The position numbers and the translations under genes were made by a program. The notes below the pieces were generated by a model that had not been told where the DNA came from, did no database searches, and saw nothing but the letters and a program-made list of their open reading frames with translations. A stretch of DNA of 64,000 nt from Thermoleophilia bacterium (lineage in GTDB: Bacteria > Actinomycetota > Thermoleophilia > Gaiellales > F1-60-MAGs149), in assembly GCA_037133755.1 (NCBI GenBank), contig JBAXNN010000002.1, forward strand, positions 26,595-90,594, written 5' to 3'. Position 1 is the first letter of the stretch; the number at the start of each line of letters is the position of its first letter. Positions 39,432 to 50,165 of this stretch are shown here, one piece after another.

Positions 39432-40163
39432 GTGGCAACCGCCTACGCGGCCGACGCGATCGTCTTGCGGAGCTTCCGCACGGGCGAAGCCGACCGCGTA
39501 GTGCACCTGCTGACCCCTGCGGGGCGCGTCAACGTGATCGCCAAGGGCGCGCGCAAGACGACGGCGAAGATGGGCGCGCGTCTCGAGCCGATGACGCGCA
39601 TCGAGGCCATGATCCAGCCCGGCAAGGGTGACCTCTCGACGATCACGGGCGCGCACGTGCTCTGGTCCGGCGACGATCTGCGGCGCGATCCCATCCGGGT
39701 GCTGGCCGCGACGGGCGGCATCGAGGCGATCGTGCGCCTCTTTCCGGAGCCCGAGCCGGATCAACGGTTGTTTGACGGTCTCGCCCGCTACCTCGTGGCG
39801 ATGACGGAGCCGCTGGGCGATGACGTCCGCACCGGCGCCGACGTCGTAACGCTCGCTTTCGTGCTCAAGCTGCTGGCGTTGGCCGGCTGGCGTCCGGAGG
39901 TGGCGGCCTGCGTCGAGTGTGGCGGCGCGGTGGAGGTGTACGACGCCGCGGCTGGGTGCGCGTTCTGCGGCGCCTGCGGCAGCGGCCTGCCGCTCGATCA
40001 GCCGTCCGCCACGGCGGCCACGAGACTCCTCGGCGAGCCGCTTGGTGCGGTCGTCACCCTCTCGGCCACACAGCGCACGACGATCGCACGACTCTGCCGC
40101 GCCACGGCCGAAGAGCACGGCGGCGTGCGCCTGTCGCTGCTCGGCCAGTCGCCTACGGGATGA
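39432..40163 (+). CDS. recO: DNA repair protein RecO
   Basis: 243 aa with AIVLRSFRTGEADRVVHLLT and the Cys cluster CVECGG...CGACG. Confidence 0.8.
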   Translation: MATAYAADAIVLRSFRTGEADRVVHLLTPAGRVNVIAKGARKTTAKMGARLEPMTRIEAMIQPGKGDLSTITGAHVLWSGDDLRRDPIRVLAATGGIEAIVRLFPEPEPDQRLFDGLARYLVAMTEPLGDDVRTGADVVTLAFVLKLLALAGWRPEVAACVECGGAVEVYDAAAGCAFCGACGSGLPLDQPSATAATRLLGEPLGAVVTLSATQRTTIARLCRATAEEHGGVRLSLLGQSPTG

Positions 40164-41250
40164 TCGTGGAGAGCGCGCCCTTCTGGCTGATCAGCCAGAG
40201 CTCGCCATTGCCGTCCTGGCCGATGGCGGCCAGCTTCGGCACCCGGAGGCCCGTGTCGACGAGCTTGGGGTCCTTGCGCAGGATCGAGAAGACGCGGCCA
40301 CTGCAGGCATCACCAAAGACGTACATGTTGCGCAACTTGCGGATCGTCTTGCCGCGGTAGACGTTGCCCGCGATGGGGGCGCAGCCGTAGGCCTTGCCGT
40401 AGGTGGTCAGGGGCGAGATCAGCGTGCCGGGTGTCGGCTGCGGCTTGTACTTGGCGGTGCCGTCGAAGGCACTCCAGCCGAAGTTCGGCAGCACCGGCGC
40501 GGGATTGGGCACCCAGTTGATCTCCTGGTTGTCGGCCTGGCTGGAATCGACCAGCCAGAGGCTGCCGGTACGGGAGTCGAACGAGAAGTGCGGGTTACGC
40601 ACACCCATCGCCCAGACGCTTGGTTCGCCGGCCGTGGCGTCGGTGAAGGGGTTCGACGAGGGGACGACATACGGCTCGGTGCTGTTGACATCGACGCGCA
40701 GGACCTTGCCAAGCAGGGTGTACGGGTTCTGGGCACGGTTGCCGGGATCGCCACCCGCGCCGCCGTCGCCCATGCCGACGTAGAGCAAGCCGTCGGGTCC
40801 GAAGGCCAGCTGCCCGCCGTTGTGGTTGGCGTAGGGCTGGCGGATCGACCACAGCACCGTCGCCGAGCCCTTCAAGAAGTGGTCGTAGCGGCCCTTCTTG
40901 AAGCGCACGATCTGCGTGTCGCCTGCCGCATCGGTGTAGGCAACGAAGACGAAGCCGTTGTCCTTGTAGGCAGGGCTGTAGGCGAGGCCGAGCAGTCCGC
41001 GCTCACCGCCCTGCTGCCCCACGCGGTCGGTCAGGTCGGCGAGCTTGCGCACCTTGCCCTTCACAAACGACACGATCACGCCGTTGCGCTGCGCGATCAC
41101 GGGGTTGAGATTGCCTGGCCGAAACGCCACCACCGTGGGGTTCTTGATGCCCGTCGCGGTCGTCGACAACGACAGGGCGCCCGCGGCCGGCGCCAGCAGC
41201 GCGAGGAGCGCGAGGGCCAGCAGGGGAGGGAGAAGACGTGCAATACGCAT
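40153..41250 (-). CDS. PQQ-dependent sugar (glucose/sorbosone) dehydrogenase-family beta-propeller, secreted
   Basis: The start is taken at [25 protein letters not shown]. It contains [24 protein letters not shown] and WAMGVRNP. Confidence 0.8.
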   Translation of the reverse strand: MRIARLLPPLLALALLALLAPAAGALSLSTTATGIKNPTVVAFRPGNLNPVIAQRNGVIVSFVKGKVRKLADLTDRVGQQGGERGLLGLAYSPAYKDNGFVFVAYTDAAGDTQIVRFKKGRYDHFLKGSATVLWSIRQPYANHNGGQLAFGPDGLLYVGMGDGGAGGDPGNRAQNPYTLLGKVLRVDVNSTEPYVVPSSNPFTDATAGEPSVWAMGVRNPHFSFDSRTGSLWLVDSSQADNQEINWVPNPAPVLPNFGWSAFDGTAKYKPQPTPGTLISPLTTYGKAYGCAPIAGNVYRGKTIRKLRNMYVFGDACSGRVFSILRKDPKLVDTGLRVPKLAAIGQDGNGELWLISQKGALSTIIP

Positions 41251-41314
41251 CGCCTCAGGGTATCCCCGGTTCCGGCGGGGCGTCCGGAGGACGGGAATCG
41301 GTAGCCTTCTGAGC

Positions 41315-42181
41315 GTGTCGACAGAACTGGCAGCCACGACGTTTCAGGATCTGATCCTGCGCTTGCAGGCGTTCTGGGCGGCGGAGGGCTGCGCGATCGT
41401 GCAGCCGTACCACACGGAGGTTGGCGCCGGCACGATGAATCCGGCCACGATCTTGCGCTGCCTCGGCCCCGAGCCGTGGTCCACGGCATACGTTGAGCCC
41501 AGCATTCGCCCCACGGACGGCCGCTACGCCGAGAATCCGTATCGCCTGCAGCACTACTACCAGTTCCAAGTGCTGATCAAGCCGTCGCCGGCCGATATCC
41601 AGGAGTCCTACCTGCGCTCGCTGGCGGCGATCGGGATCGACGCCGCGGCGCACGACATCCGCTTCGTGGAGGACAACTGGGAGGCGCCGACCTTGGGCGC
41701 GTGGGGCACGGGCTGGGAGGTGTGGCTCGACGGCATGGAGGTCACGCAGTTCACCTACTTCCAGCAGGCTGGTGGCATCGACTGCGATCCGATCTCGGTC
41801 GAGATCACCTACGGCCTCGAGCGCCTCGCGATGTATCTGCAGGGCGTCGATTCGTGCTGGGACCTGCAGTGGGCGCCCGGGATCACCTACGCCGACGTGC
41901 ATGCTCGCGGCGAGCGCGAGTGGAGCGCCTACAACTTCGAGGTCGCCGACGTGCCCGGTCTGGTGCGCGCGTTCGACCATCACGAGGCCGAGTGTGGCCG
42001 CTGCCTGGAGGCCGGGCTGTCCGTCCCCGCGTACGACCAGGTGCTCAAGTGCTCGCACGCGTTCAATCAGCTTGACGCGCGCGGCGCGATCTCGGTGACG
42101 GAGCGCGTCGCGTACATCGGCCGCGTCCGCGCCCTCGCCCGCGCCGTCTCGCACGCGTATCTGGGGCTCGAGCTGTCGTGA
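41315..42181 (+). CDS. glyQ: Glycine--tRNA ligase alpha subunit
   Basis: The GTG start precedes [25 protein letters not shown]. It contains [15 protein letters not shown]-like [26 protein letters not shown]. Confidence 0.9.
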   Translation: MSTELAATTFQDLILRLQAFWAAEGCAIVQPYHTEVGAGTMNPATILRCLGPEPWSTAYVEPSIRPTDGRYAENPYRLQHYYQFQVLIKPSPADIQESYLRSLAAIGIDAAAHDIRFVEDNWEAPTLGAWGTGWEVWLDGMEVTQFTYFQQAGGIDCDPISVEITYGLERLAMYLQGVDSCWDLQWAPGITYADVHARGEREWSAYNFEVADVPGLVRAFDHHEAECGRCLEAGLSVPAYDQVLKCSHAFNQLDARGAISVTERVAYIGRVRALARAVSHAYLGLELS

Positions 42182-44238
42182 CGCAGTCCCTGCTGATCGA
42201 GCTCGGCTGCGAGGAGCTGCCGGCCAACGCCTGCCGTGTCGCCGAGCGCGAGGCTGGCCCCACGATCGAGAAGCTCCTGACCGCTCGTCGTCTGGCGCCC
42301 ACGTCGGTCGAGACGTTCGTCACGCCGCGTCGCATTGCCGTGATCGCCGAGGGAGTGCCGTCAGAGGCGCCCGCCGAGACCCTCACGCATACCGGACCGC
42401 CCGAGAAGGCGGCGAAGGACGACGCCGGCAACTGGACGAAGGCCGCCGAAGGCTTCGCCCGCAAGCACGGTCTCACGCCCGACCAGCTCGAGGTGCGTGA
42501 CGGGCTGCTGACTGCCACGGTCACGTCGCCAGCCGAACCGCTCGCCGCGCATGCGCAGGCGCTCGTCGATGGCCTGATCGAGGGTCTGCAGATGCCGAAG
42601 AACATGCGTTGGGGCACGGGCACGCTGCGCTTCTCGCGCCCCATCCGCACGCTGATCGTCATGCACGGCGACACGGTGTTGCCGGCCGAGGTCCAGGGCG
42701 TGCAGAGTGGCCGCATCACGCGCGGCCACCGTCTGCTCAACCCCGAGTTCGAGGTCACCAGCGTCGACGACTGGGCGGTCGATCTCGGCGGCGCGGGTGT
42801 CGCCGTGCGCACGGCGGATCGCCGCGAGGTGATCGAGGCGCTGCTGCTGTCGAGCGCCAGGGCATACGACGCGACCTGGGAGGACCCGGCCAATGTGCTC
42901 AACGAGGTTGTGTACCTCGTTGAGTGGCCACGCGTGCTCAACGGTTCGATCAGCGAGCGCCACCTCGCGCTGCCCGAGCGCGTGCTGATCACCGCTATGC
43001 AGTCGCACCAGCGCTACCTACCGCTGCGCGGTACCACGGGCACGCTGCGACCCGCGTTCCTGACCGTCGTCAACTCGCACCCCGACGCCGACGCGACCGT
43101 GCGGGCAGGCAACGAGCGTGTGCTCGCCGGACGCCTTGACGACGCCGTCTTCTCGCTCGAGAAAGATCGCGCCCGTGGCATCGAGGCGATGGCCGAGGAG
43201 CTCGGGCGCATCACCTTCCACCAGCGTCTTGGCACGCTCGCCGACCGCACGGCGCGCCTGATGGCCCTCGTCGAGATCCTCGCGGACGCTGCCGGCATCG
43301 CGGGCGATGACCGCGCACACGCGGTTGAGGCGGCACGCCTGGCCAAGGCCGATCTCGCTTCGACGCTCGTCGGCGAGTTCGCAGAGTTGCAGGGCGAGAC
43401 GGGGATGGAGTACGCCCGTGCCGCCGGCAAGCCCGAGGGCGTCGCGATCGCCATTCGCGAGCAGTACCAGCCCGACGGCGCGGGGCGCCCGCTGCCCGAG
43501 ACGGTGCCCGGTGCGCTGCTGGCGCTGGCCGATCGCTTCGACCAGCTCGTCGGCGTCGTCGCCATCGGTGAGCGCCCGACCGGCTCGCGCGATCCCTATG
43601 CGCTGCGCCGAGCGGCCGCTGGCATCGTGGAGATCCAGGCGCGGTATGGCCTCACGCTCGATCTGCCGCGTCTCGTCGCCCAGGCGCACGCGCTGCTGGT
43701 CGGGCAGAGCGCCGACCTCGAGCTCGACCTCGAGGCGACGCAGGAGATCGTCGTGCCGTTCATCCTCGATCGCGTTGATCAGGCCCTTGGCGAGGCTGGT
43801 GTCCCTGTGGACGTTCAGCGTGCCGCCCGCGGTGCCGGCAGCGTCGATCCCGCGCGCCATGCGGCCGTGGCGCACGCGCTGCATGCCGCTGCCGACGCGC
43901 CCGAACTCGCCGCGGCGCACGCGGCCGTCACACGGTGTAGCCGGATTGCCGAGAAGGAGCAGGCCGCCGACACGCTCAATGCCGCGCTCTTCCAGGACCA
44001 GGCGGAGACCGCGCTCGCCGAGGCCATCGCGACGGTCGGACCGCGCATTGCTGCAGAGCGCGACCCGGCTGCTGCGCTGCGCATCGCCGCTGAGCTCGCG
44101 CCGTCGGTCGACGCGCTCTTCGATGGCGTGATGGTGCTGGCCGAGGACCCCGCGCTGCGCGGCAACCGCGTCCGCCTCCTGCGCGAGGCACTTGCTGCCT
44201 TCGCGCCCGTCGGCGACCTGACCCAGCTGCAGCGATGA
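42178..44238 (+). CDS. glyS: Glycine--tRNA ligase beta subunit
   Basis: 686 aa with [21 protein letters not shown] and MRWG. It overlaps the glyQ stop. Confidence 0.9.
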   Translation: MTQSLLIELGCEELPANACRVAEREAGPTIEKLLTARRLAPTSVETFVTPRRIAVIAEGVPSEAPAETLTHTGPPEKAAKDDAGNWTKAAEGFARKHGLTPDQLEVRDGLLTATVTSPAEPLAAHAQALVDGLIEGLQMPKNMRWGTGTLRFSRPIRTLIVMHGDTVLPAEVQGVQSGRITRGHRLLNPEFEVTSVDDWAVDLGGAGVAVRTADRREVIEALLLSSARAYDATWEDPANVLNEVVYLVEWPRVLNGSISERHLALPERVLITAMQSHQRYLPLRGTTGTLRPAFLTVVNSHPDADATVRAGNERVLAGRLDDAVFSLEKDRARGIEAMAEELGRITFHQRLGTLADRTARLMALVEILADAAGIAGDDRAHAVEAARLAKADLASTLVGEFAELQGETGMEYARAAGKPEGVAIAIREQYQPDGAGRPLPETVPGALLALADRFDQLVGVVAIGERPTGSRDPYALRRAAAGIVEIQARYGLTLDLPRLVAQAHALLVGQSADLELDLEATQEIVVPFILDRVDQALGEAGVPVDVQRAARGAGSVDPARHAAVAHALHAAADAPELAAAHAAVTRCSRIAEKEQAADTLNAALFQDQAETALAEAIATVGPRIAAERDPAAALRIAAELAPSVDALFDGVMVLAEDPALRGNRVRLLREALAAFAPVGDLTQLQR

Positions 44239-45080
44239 GCAACGCGCCCGTCGAGATCCACATCATTTCGGACTCCACGGGCGATACGGCGTCGCGCGTG
44301 GCGCGCGCCGCGCAGGCCCAGTTTTCGTCGTCGCCCGTCAACATCGTGCGCCACCCGCGCGTCACGACGGTTGCCGGCCTGCAGTCCGTCTTCACCAAGC
44401 TCAGCGGCCAGGCCCGCACCACGGTGTTCTTCACGCTGATCGATCGCGATCTGCGTCGTCAGGCGACAGAGCTGTGCGAGCAGCACGGGTTGCCCGGTTG
44501 CGACCTGCTCGGCGCGCCACTTGAGGCGCTGCAGCTTGCCTCTGGCGATGAGGCCGAGCTCGTGCCGGGCCGTCCGGTGGCGCTCGAGATGGACTACTTC
44601 AAGCGCGTCGCCGCGATGGAGTTCGCCGTCAAACACGACGATGGGCTCTCCGGCGAAGGGCTCGATGAGGCCGACATCGTCATCGTGGGCGTTTCGCGCA
44701 CCGGCAAGACGCCGCTCTCGATGTACCTCGGCTACCTCGGGTACAAGACGGCCAACACGCCGCTTGTGCCCGGTGTTGAGCCACCCGCGCAGCTGTTCCG
44801 TGTCGATCGCTCCAAGATCGTGGGCCTCACCATCGACCCCGAGCGCCTCCAACGCATCCGCGGTCGCCGCCTGCGCGCGATGGGTGGGCGCGCCCGTGAC
44901 AACTACGCCGATCTTGCCAAGATCCTGGAGGAGCTCGACGAGTGCACGGGCATCTTCCGCAAGCTCGGCTGCCCAGTGATCGACGTCTCGAACCTCGCGG
45001 TCGAAGAATCGGCTCTCCGCGTCATAAACTTGGTCGAAGAGCGTTCCCGCGCCGAAGGAGATACCGATGGCCTTTCATGA
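44235..45080 (+). CDS. PpsR/PDRP-family bifunctional kinase-pyrophosphorylase (DUF299)
   Basis: 281 aa with IHIISDSTGDTA and VGVSRTGKTPLSMYL. Confidence 0.8.
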   Translation: MSNAPVEIHIISDSTGDTASRVARAAQAQFSSSPVNIVRHPRVTTVAGLQSVFTKLSGQARTTVFFTLIDRDLRRQATELCEQHGLPGCDLLGAPLEALQLASGDEAELVPGRPVALEMDYFKRVAAMEFAVKHDDGLSGEGLDEADIVIVGVSRTGKTPLSMYLGYLGYKTANTPLVPGVEPPAQLFRVDRSKIVGLTIDPERLQRIRGRRLRAMGGRARDNYADLAKILEELDECTGIFRKLGCPVIDVSNLAVEESALRVINLVEERSRAEGDTDGLS

Positions 45081-45708
45081 CATGCGTGTGGCCTACCGCA
45101 ACGGCGAGCTCGCTGAGACCGCGGCCGGGGAGAATCCAATCGAGTTGTTCATGGCGTGGATCGGCACGGCGCGCGGGTCGGGAGCGATCCTCGAGCCGAA
45201 CGCGATGACGCTTGCCACCGTCGACGAGCGGGGTCGCCCCGTCGCGCGCATGGTGCTGTTGAAGGAAGTCGAGGACGACGGCTCGTTCGTCTTCTACACC
45301 AATCGTGCTGGCCGCAAGGGGCGCGAGCTTGCCGCCAATCCCTTCGCGTCGCTCGTGTTCTGGTGGGAGCCGCTCGAGCGTCAGGTCCGCATCGAGGGCG
45401 CCGTCACGGAGACCAGCGACGAGGACACGGCGGCGTACTTCGCCACGCGCCCCCGCCAGAGTCGGATCGGCGCTTGGGCGTCAAACCAGAGCGAAGAGGT
45501 AGCCGACCGCGCCACGCTTGAGCAGCGCTTCGCCGAAGCCGATGCCGCGCATCCCGGCGAGGACGTGCCGGTGCCGCCGTGGTGGGGTGGCTACCGCATC
45601 GCGCCGGCGGCAATCGAGTTCTGGCAGGGGCGGATGGGTCGCATGCACGATCGACTTCGGTATACGCGCGATGGTGCACGCTGGCAGCGTGTGCGCCTGC
45701 AGCCGTAG
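45067..45708 (+). CDS. pdxH: Pyridoxamine 5'-phosphate oxidase
   Basis: 213 aa with RMVLLKEV, FVFYTNRAGRKGREL, ERQVRIEG and IEFWQGRMGRMHDRLRY. Confidence 0.9.
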   Translation: MAFHDMRVAYRNGELAETAAGENPIELFMAWIGTARGSGAILEPNAMTLATVDERGRPVARMVLLKEVEDDGSFVFYTNRAGRKGRELAANPFASLVFWWEPLERQVRIEGAVTETSDEDTAAYFATRPRQSRIGAWASNQSEEVADRATLEQRFAEADAAHPGEDVPVPPWWGGYRIAPAAIEFWQGRMGRMHDRLRYTRDGARWQRVRLQP

Positions 45709-45730
45709 CGCAACCCGGTAGCCTCTCCGT

Positions 45731-46360
45731 ATGCCGAAGTCTCGCGTCGTCGCGCCCAGCATGGTCGAGCAGACCTGCGAGATCCTGCGCGAGCGCATCC
45801 GCACCGGGGAGCTGCCACCTGGCACGCGCCTGCGGCAGGAGACGTTGGCCGAGGAACTCGGTATCTCGCGCACCCCGCTGCGCGAGGCGATGCGCCTCCT
45901 GGCGGCCGATGGTCTCGTCGAGCTCGAACCCAATCGCGGTGCGGTGGTTACGGCGCTGAGCCGCGAGGCGCAGGTGCGGTTCTGGGAGGCGCGGCTCGCC
46001 CTCGAACCTGCTGCCGCGCGCCTTGGCGCCGAGGTGCGCAACCGCGAGGCGTTGAAGGCGATGGCGGCTGCGATCGCCGAGCAGCGTGCCGGTGCCGACG
46101 GTGGGTTCGCTGCCAACCGCGCGTTTCACCTTGCCGTGGTCCATTCGGCCGGCAACCCGCATCTCGACCGCTTCGCCGAGTCCCTATGGGTGCAGGCCGT
46201 GGGTTCGGTCATCTTCGACGCGCAGACCGAGGATGCTCAGATGGCAAAGAGCTATGCCGAGCCGCACCAAGCGATCCTCGACGCGATTACCGCCGGTGAT
46301 GCTGAGCTGGCCGAACGGCTGACGCGCGAGCACATCCTTGCGTCGCCTGTGCCGGCCTGA
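45731..46360 (+). CDS. GntR-family transcriptional regulator (FCD-type C-terminal domain)
   Basis: 209 aa with LPPGTRLRQETLAEELGISRTPLREAMRLLAADGLV (winged HTH) and a helical C-terminal domain. Confidence 0.8.
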   Translation: MPKSRVVAPSMVEQTCEILRERIRTGELPPGTRLRQETLAEELGISRTPLREAMRLLAADGLVELEPNRGAVVTALSREAQVRFWEARLALEPAAARLGAEVRNREALKAMAAAIAEQRAGADGGFAANRAFHLAVVHSAGNPHLDRFAESLWVQAVGSVIFDAQTEDAQMAKSYAEPHQAILDAITAGDAELAERLTREHILASPVPA

Positions 46361-46565
46361 CGACGCGAAGGCCTCGATGTTGGCGCTGGACGACGCGAAG
46401 GCCTCGAGGTGGCTCGGTCCGAAAGGACCGATTCACCTCGAGGTCATCGCGTCGCCTGGCTCCGAGAAGCTCGATAGCTAGAGCCACTGCTTCATCGCTT
46501 GATCATCCAAGGCGACGGGATCACCTCGAGGTGAATCGGTCGCTTCCGACCGAGCCACCTCGAGG
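46359..46565. repeat. Composite intergenic palindromic element (19-bp direct repeat plus 55-bp inverted repeat pair)
   Basis: gacgacgcgaaggcctcga occurs at 46359..46377 and again at 46389..46407. The arms 46402..46456 and 46511..46565 are reverse complements at 50 of 55 positions. Each arm carries two CCTCGAGG palindromes and an inner 5-bp hairpin. Confidence 0.8.
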
Positions 46566-46577
46566 TGTTCCCGTCGA

Positions 46578-48035
46578 CTACGAGACCGTGCCGTCCAGGA
46601 TCTGGAGCGTCTTCAGGTCCGAGTAGAAGTCGAGCGCGAAGTCGCCGCCCTCACGGCCGATGCCGCTGATGCCCGCGCCGCCGAAGGGGGCGGTGAGATC
46701 ACGCACCAGGAAGCAGTTGACCCAAAAGGTGCCAGCGCGCACGGTGCGGCCGATGCGGTCAGCACGCTCGGCGTCGGAGGTGAAGAGGATGCCGGACAGG
46801 CCGTACTCGGTCGAGTTGGCGAGCGCGACGGCTTCCTCCTCGGTCGTGAACGTCTGGATCGTCAGGACGGGACCGAACACCTCGTTTTGGACGATCTCAC
46901 TGTCGTTGGACTTCGGGCGGATCAGCGTCTGCTCGTACCAGTTGCCGCCGAGCTCCGACACCTTGCCGCCACGCAGTACCTCGTCACCGTTCGCGCGAGC
47001 GCGGTCGACGAAGCCGGCGACGCGCGCCAGATGGTCGGGGTGGATCAGCGGGCTGATCGTCGTGGCGTCGTCGTGGGGATCGCCGAGCACCTGCGCATCG
47101 ACGTTCGCGTTGAAGCGCGCGAGAAAGTCGTCGACTACCGACTCCTCAATGAGCAGACGCGTGCCCGACAGGCAGACCTGGCCGGCGTCGTCGTACTGCA
47201 GCGCAGCCTTGGCCGCCGCGGCGTCAAGATCGGCGTCGGCGAAGACAATGAAGGGGTTCTTGCCACCGAGCTCGGCGGTGAAGGGCACGATGTTCTCCGC
47301 GCCGGCGCGGCCAATGTGGCGCGCGGTCTCGGGCGAGCCGGTGAAGCTGAGGCGCCGGACGCGACGATCGGTCGTGAGTGCCACACCGACTTCCTCGCCG
47401 ATGCCCTGCACGAGGTTGAAGACGCCGGGCGGGAAGCCCGCCTTGTCCACGAGGTCGAAGAGCATGGAGCACGACAGCGGCGACCACTCGGCGGGCTTGA
47501 GCACCACGGTGCAGCCGGCGGCGAGCGCCGGTGCGCACTTCCACGTGGAGAGCATGAACGGCGCATTCCACGGGGTGATCACGACGGCTGGTCCGCTCGG
47601 GTTGCGCACGACGCGGTTGGCCGTGCCGTTCGACTCCCAGACGCGCTCGCTGTACTCGCAGGCGAGGTCGGCGTAGGCGCGGAAGTTGCGGGCCCCGCGG
47701 CCAATCACGCGGGCCTTGAGCGAGCGCTCGAGCATGGCCATGTCCCAGCACTCGACCTCGGCGATGTGGTCGACGTGCTCATCGATCAGGTCGGCCAGGC
47801 GGTGCAGATACGGGGCACGCCCCTCGGGACCGAGCGCGGCCCAGGCGGGGAAGGCGCGGACGGCGGCGCTGATCGCGGCATCGGCGGTGGCGGCATCGCC
47901 GCGACACACCTCGGCCAGCAGCGAGCCGTCGATCGGCGACCGGTCTTCGAACGTCGCGGCACTGCCAACACGGGCGCCATCGATGTAGTGCTCGGGCGAG
48001 ACGGTGTGGCCGTGGACGTCGACGCGGTTGCTCAC
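46578..48035 (-). CDS. NAD(P)-dependent aldehyde dehydrogenase (ring-fission semialdehyde dehydrogenase-like)
   Basis: The GTG start at 48035 overlaps the upstream stop as GTGA. It contains ITPWNAPFMLSTWK, ELGGKNP and GQVCLSGTR (the catalytic Cys context). It resembles the HpaE/XylG class. Confidence 0.85.
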   Translation of the reverse strand: MSNRVDVHGHTVSPEHYIDGARVGSAATFEDRSPIDGSLLAEVCRGDAATADAAISAAVRAFPAWAALGPEGRAPYLHRLADLIDEHVDHIAEVECWDMAMLERSLKARVIGRGARNFRAYADLACEYSERVWESNGTANRVVRNPSGPAVVITPWNAPFMLSTWKCAPALAAGCTVVLKPAEWSPLSCSMLFDLVDKAGFPPGVFNLVQGIGEEVGVALTTDRRVRRLSFTGSPETARHIGRAGAENIVPFTAELGGKNPFIVFADADLDAAAAKAALQYDDAGQVCLSGTRLLIEESVVDDFLARFNANVDAQVLGDPHDDATTISPLIHPDHLARVAGFVDRARANGDEVLRGGKVSELGGNWYEQTLIRPKSNDSEIVQNEVFGPVLTIQTFTTEEEAVALANSTEYGLSGILFTSDAERADRIGRTVRAGTFWVNCFLVRDLTAPFGGAGISGIGREGGDFALDFYSDLKTLQILDGTVS

Positions 48036-48841
48036 GCGTCGCCTCGCAGGTCGGTGATGGTCTCGAGGTCGTTCACCGAGTACGCGAATGTGAAGCGATA
48101 GCCCTTGCCGACCTTGACCGGCGCGAGCGCGATGTGCTCCTCGTTGGGGGCATCGCCGAACGACAGCGTGGCGTCGCCCTCCCAGATCGCGGAGATCGAG
48201 CGATCGTACGACTTGGCGCGCACGAGCTCGTGCACGGCGGGCGTCTCGTGCGTGCCCTCGGCCAGCTGCGGAAAGTGGCGGCGATTGACCAGCGGCGGCG
48301 CGTTGTGCTCGGGGCCGCCGGCGCTCTCGCCCGTCAGCTTGACGGTGGCTTCGATCAGACGGCGATCGTTTGCGGCCATCGTGCACCCAAACGTCGAGCC
48401 AGCGGCGATCGCCGGGTCGGCGAGCGTGCCGAGGCCGAAGGTGCGCGTCATCCAGACCGAGCCGAGCTTCTTCGGGAAGCCCTGGATCCAGCCGCGCACG
48501 AGCGCGAAGTCGCGATCAACCCAGATGTAGGGGCACGTCGTGACGTGCTCGTCGCCGAGCATGCCGTTGACGACGATGAACGCCTCCTTGTACTGGCTGC
48601 GCGCCGGATCGATCAGCTCGTTCTGGTCGGTCACGCAGGACTGCCAGTCGGCGAAGATCACCGCGGCACGGCCCGGATCGGCCGCGTACGGCTCGATGCC
48701 GGGCGGCAGCACCGCCGCGACGGCTGCCGGGTCGGCCCAGTAGTCCACAACGACGAAGTCGCCGACGTAGTGCCACGGGGGCGACGGCACCAGGCTCGCG
48801 CTGCCGGTGGGGGATAGGGGGAGGCTGTAGCCCTTGCTCAT
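48032..48841 (-). CDS. Acetoacetate decarboxylase (ADC)-family protein
   Basis: 269 aa with PPWHYVGDF and VRGWIQGFPKKLG. The latter aligns with the Schiff-base lysine region (YPKKLG) of clostridial Adc. Confidence 0.65.
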   Translation of the reverse strand: MSKGYSLPLSPTGSASLVPSPPWHYVGDFVVVDYWADPAAVAAVLPPGIEPYAADPGRAAVIFADWQSCVTDQNELIDPARSQYKEAFIVVNGMLGDEHVTTCPYIWVDRDFALVRGWIQGFPKKLGSVWMTRTFGLGTLADPAIAAGSTFGCTMAANDRRLIEATVKLTGESAGGPEHNAPPLVNRRHFPQLAEGTHETPAVHELVRAKSYDRSISAIWEGDATLSFGDAPNEEHIALAPVKVGKGYRFTFAYSVNDLETITDLRGDA

Positions 48842-48857
48842 GTGATCTCCTCGCGGC

Positions 48858-50162
48858 TCAGACGTGATCCGCGTACTCGGTCCATTCCCATTCGGTGACG
48901 ACGCGGGCGAAGCGGTGCAGCTCGCGCCGCTTCACGTCGACGACGGTGCGCACCATGCGCTCGCCGAGCGCATCGGCGATGATCGTGTCGGCCTCGAGCG
49001 CGTCGAGTGCTGCCCCGAGATCCTGCGGTAGCGCGACCGGGTCGCCGATCGCCAGTCCGCGCTCGATGCCATCGCGGCCGGCAGCCAGCGCGGCGGTGAG
49101 CAACAGGTACGGGTTCGCAGAGGCATCGCCGATGCGCAGCTCGACGCGCGTGGCGTCGCCGTTCTGCGGCGGCACACGCAGGTACGCGGTGCGGTCATCG
49201 CCGCCCATGTCGGCCTGCAGCGGCGCGAGCCCGATGTTGGCGTTGGCGAGGCGCTTGAACGAGTTGATCGTGGGGCACGCGAGTGCCGTCAGCGCCTGCG
49301 CGTGCACGATCAGGCCGGCGGCGAAGGCGCGACCGATCTCCGACAGGCCGCCCTCGGGCTGCGCGAAGGCGTTGCCTGCGTCGTTCCAGAGCGAGAGGTG
49401 GATGTGATGGCTCGAGCCCTCAGCGTCGGCGAACGGCTTGCCCATGAAGTTCGCTCGTAGTCCGTTGCGTCCCGCGGTCTCGCGGACGACCTCCTCGAAG
49501 AGGAAGACGCGGTCCGTCGCATCGAGTGCCTCGCCGTGGTTGAGGTTCAGCTCGAACTGGCCGGGCGAGACCTCGCGATGCGCGGCCGTGACGCCGAGGC
49601 CCATGGCCACGCAGGCGTCCTGCGTGGCACGGAGCACACCGTTGGGGTCGGCCGCCCAACCGGAGGTGTAGGCCAGACCGACGCCGGGCGAGTAGCGCCC
49701 GACGGACGGTCCCGAGCCCGGCTCGAGCAGATAGAACTCGGGCTCCGACGCGGACACCGCGCGATAGCCATGTGCCTGCAATCGTGCGAGCTCGGCCTTC
49801 AGGAGCGAGCGCACGCAGAGACCAGACGGCACGTGGCCGGGGTCCACGACGTCGGCGAGGATCCACGCGGTCTGCGGATCCCACGGCACCTGCCGCGCGG
49901 TGCTGGCGTCGGGCACGGAGTGCGTATCGGGTAGGCCGATGCCGCCGGGATGCGGCGCGTCCATCAGCGGCTCACCGTCGAGGCCCTCGACGAGACTGGC
50001 CTCGCAGTAGCCGATACCGCTCGCGAGCTCGGGCAGCGACGACAGCGGGTAGTCCTTGCTGCGCGGGCGCCCGTGCGGATCCGCGTGGATCACGCGCACG
50101 CGCGTAATGCCCTGCGCAGCCAGCGAGTCGCGCAGGGTGGTGAGTGCGGCGGTGTCGGTCAT
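48858..50162 (-). CDS. Glutamine synthetase-like gamma-glutamyl ligase family protein
   Basis: 434 aa with SEPEFYLLEP, GSSHHIHLSLW, NSFKRL and RVELRIGDASANPYL. Confidence 0.8.
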   Translation of the reverse strand: MTDTAALTTLRDSLAAQGITRVRVIHADPHGRPRSKDYPLSSLPELASGIGYCEASLVEGLDGEPLMDAPHPGGIGLPDTHSVPDASTARQVPWDPQTAWILADVVDPGHVPSGLCVRSLLKAELARLQAHGYRAVSASEPEFYLLEPGSGPSVGRYSPGVGLAYTSGWAADPNGVLRATQDACVAMGLGVTAAHREVSPGQFELNLNHGEALDATDRVFLFEEVVRETAGRNGLRANFMGKPFADAEGSSHHIHLSLWNDAGNAFAQPEGGLSEIGRAFAAGLIVHAQALTALACPTINSFKRLANANIGLAPLQADMGGDDRTAYLRVPPQNGDATRVELRIGDASANPYLLLTAALAAGRDGIERGLAIGDPVALPQDLGAALDALEADTIIADALGERMVRTVVDVKRRELHRFARVVTEWEWTEYADHV

Positions 50163-50165
50163 CGA

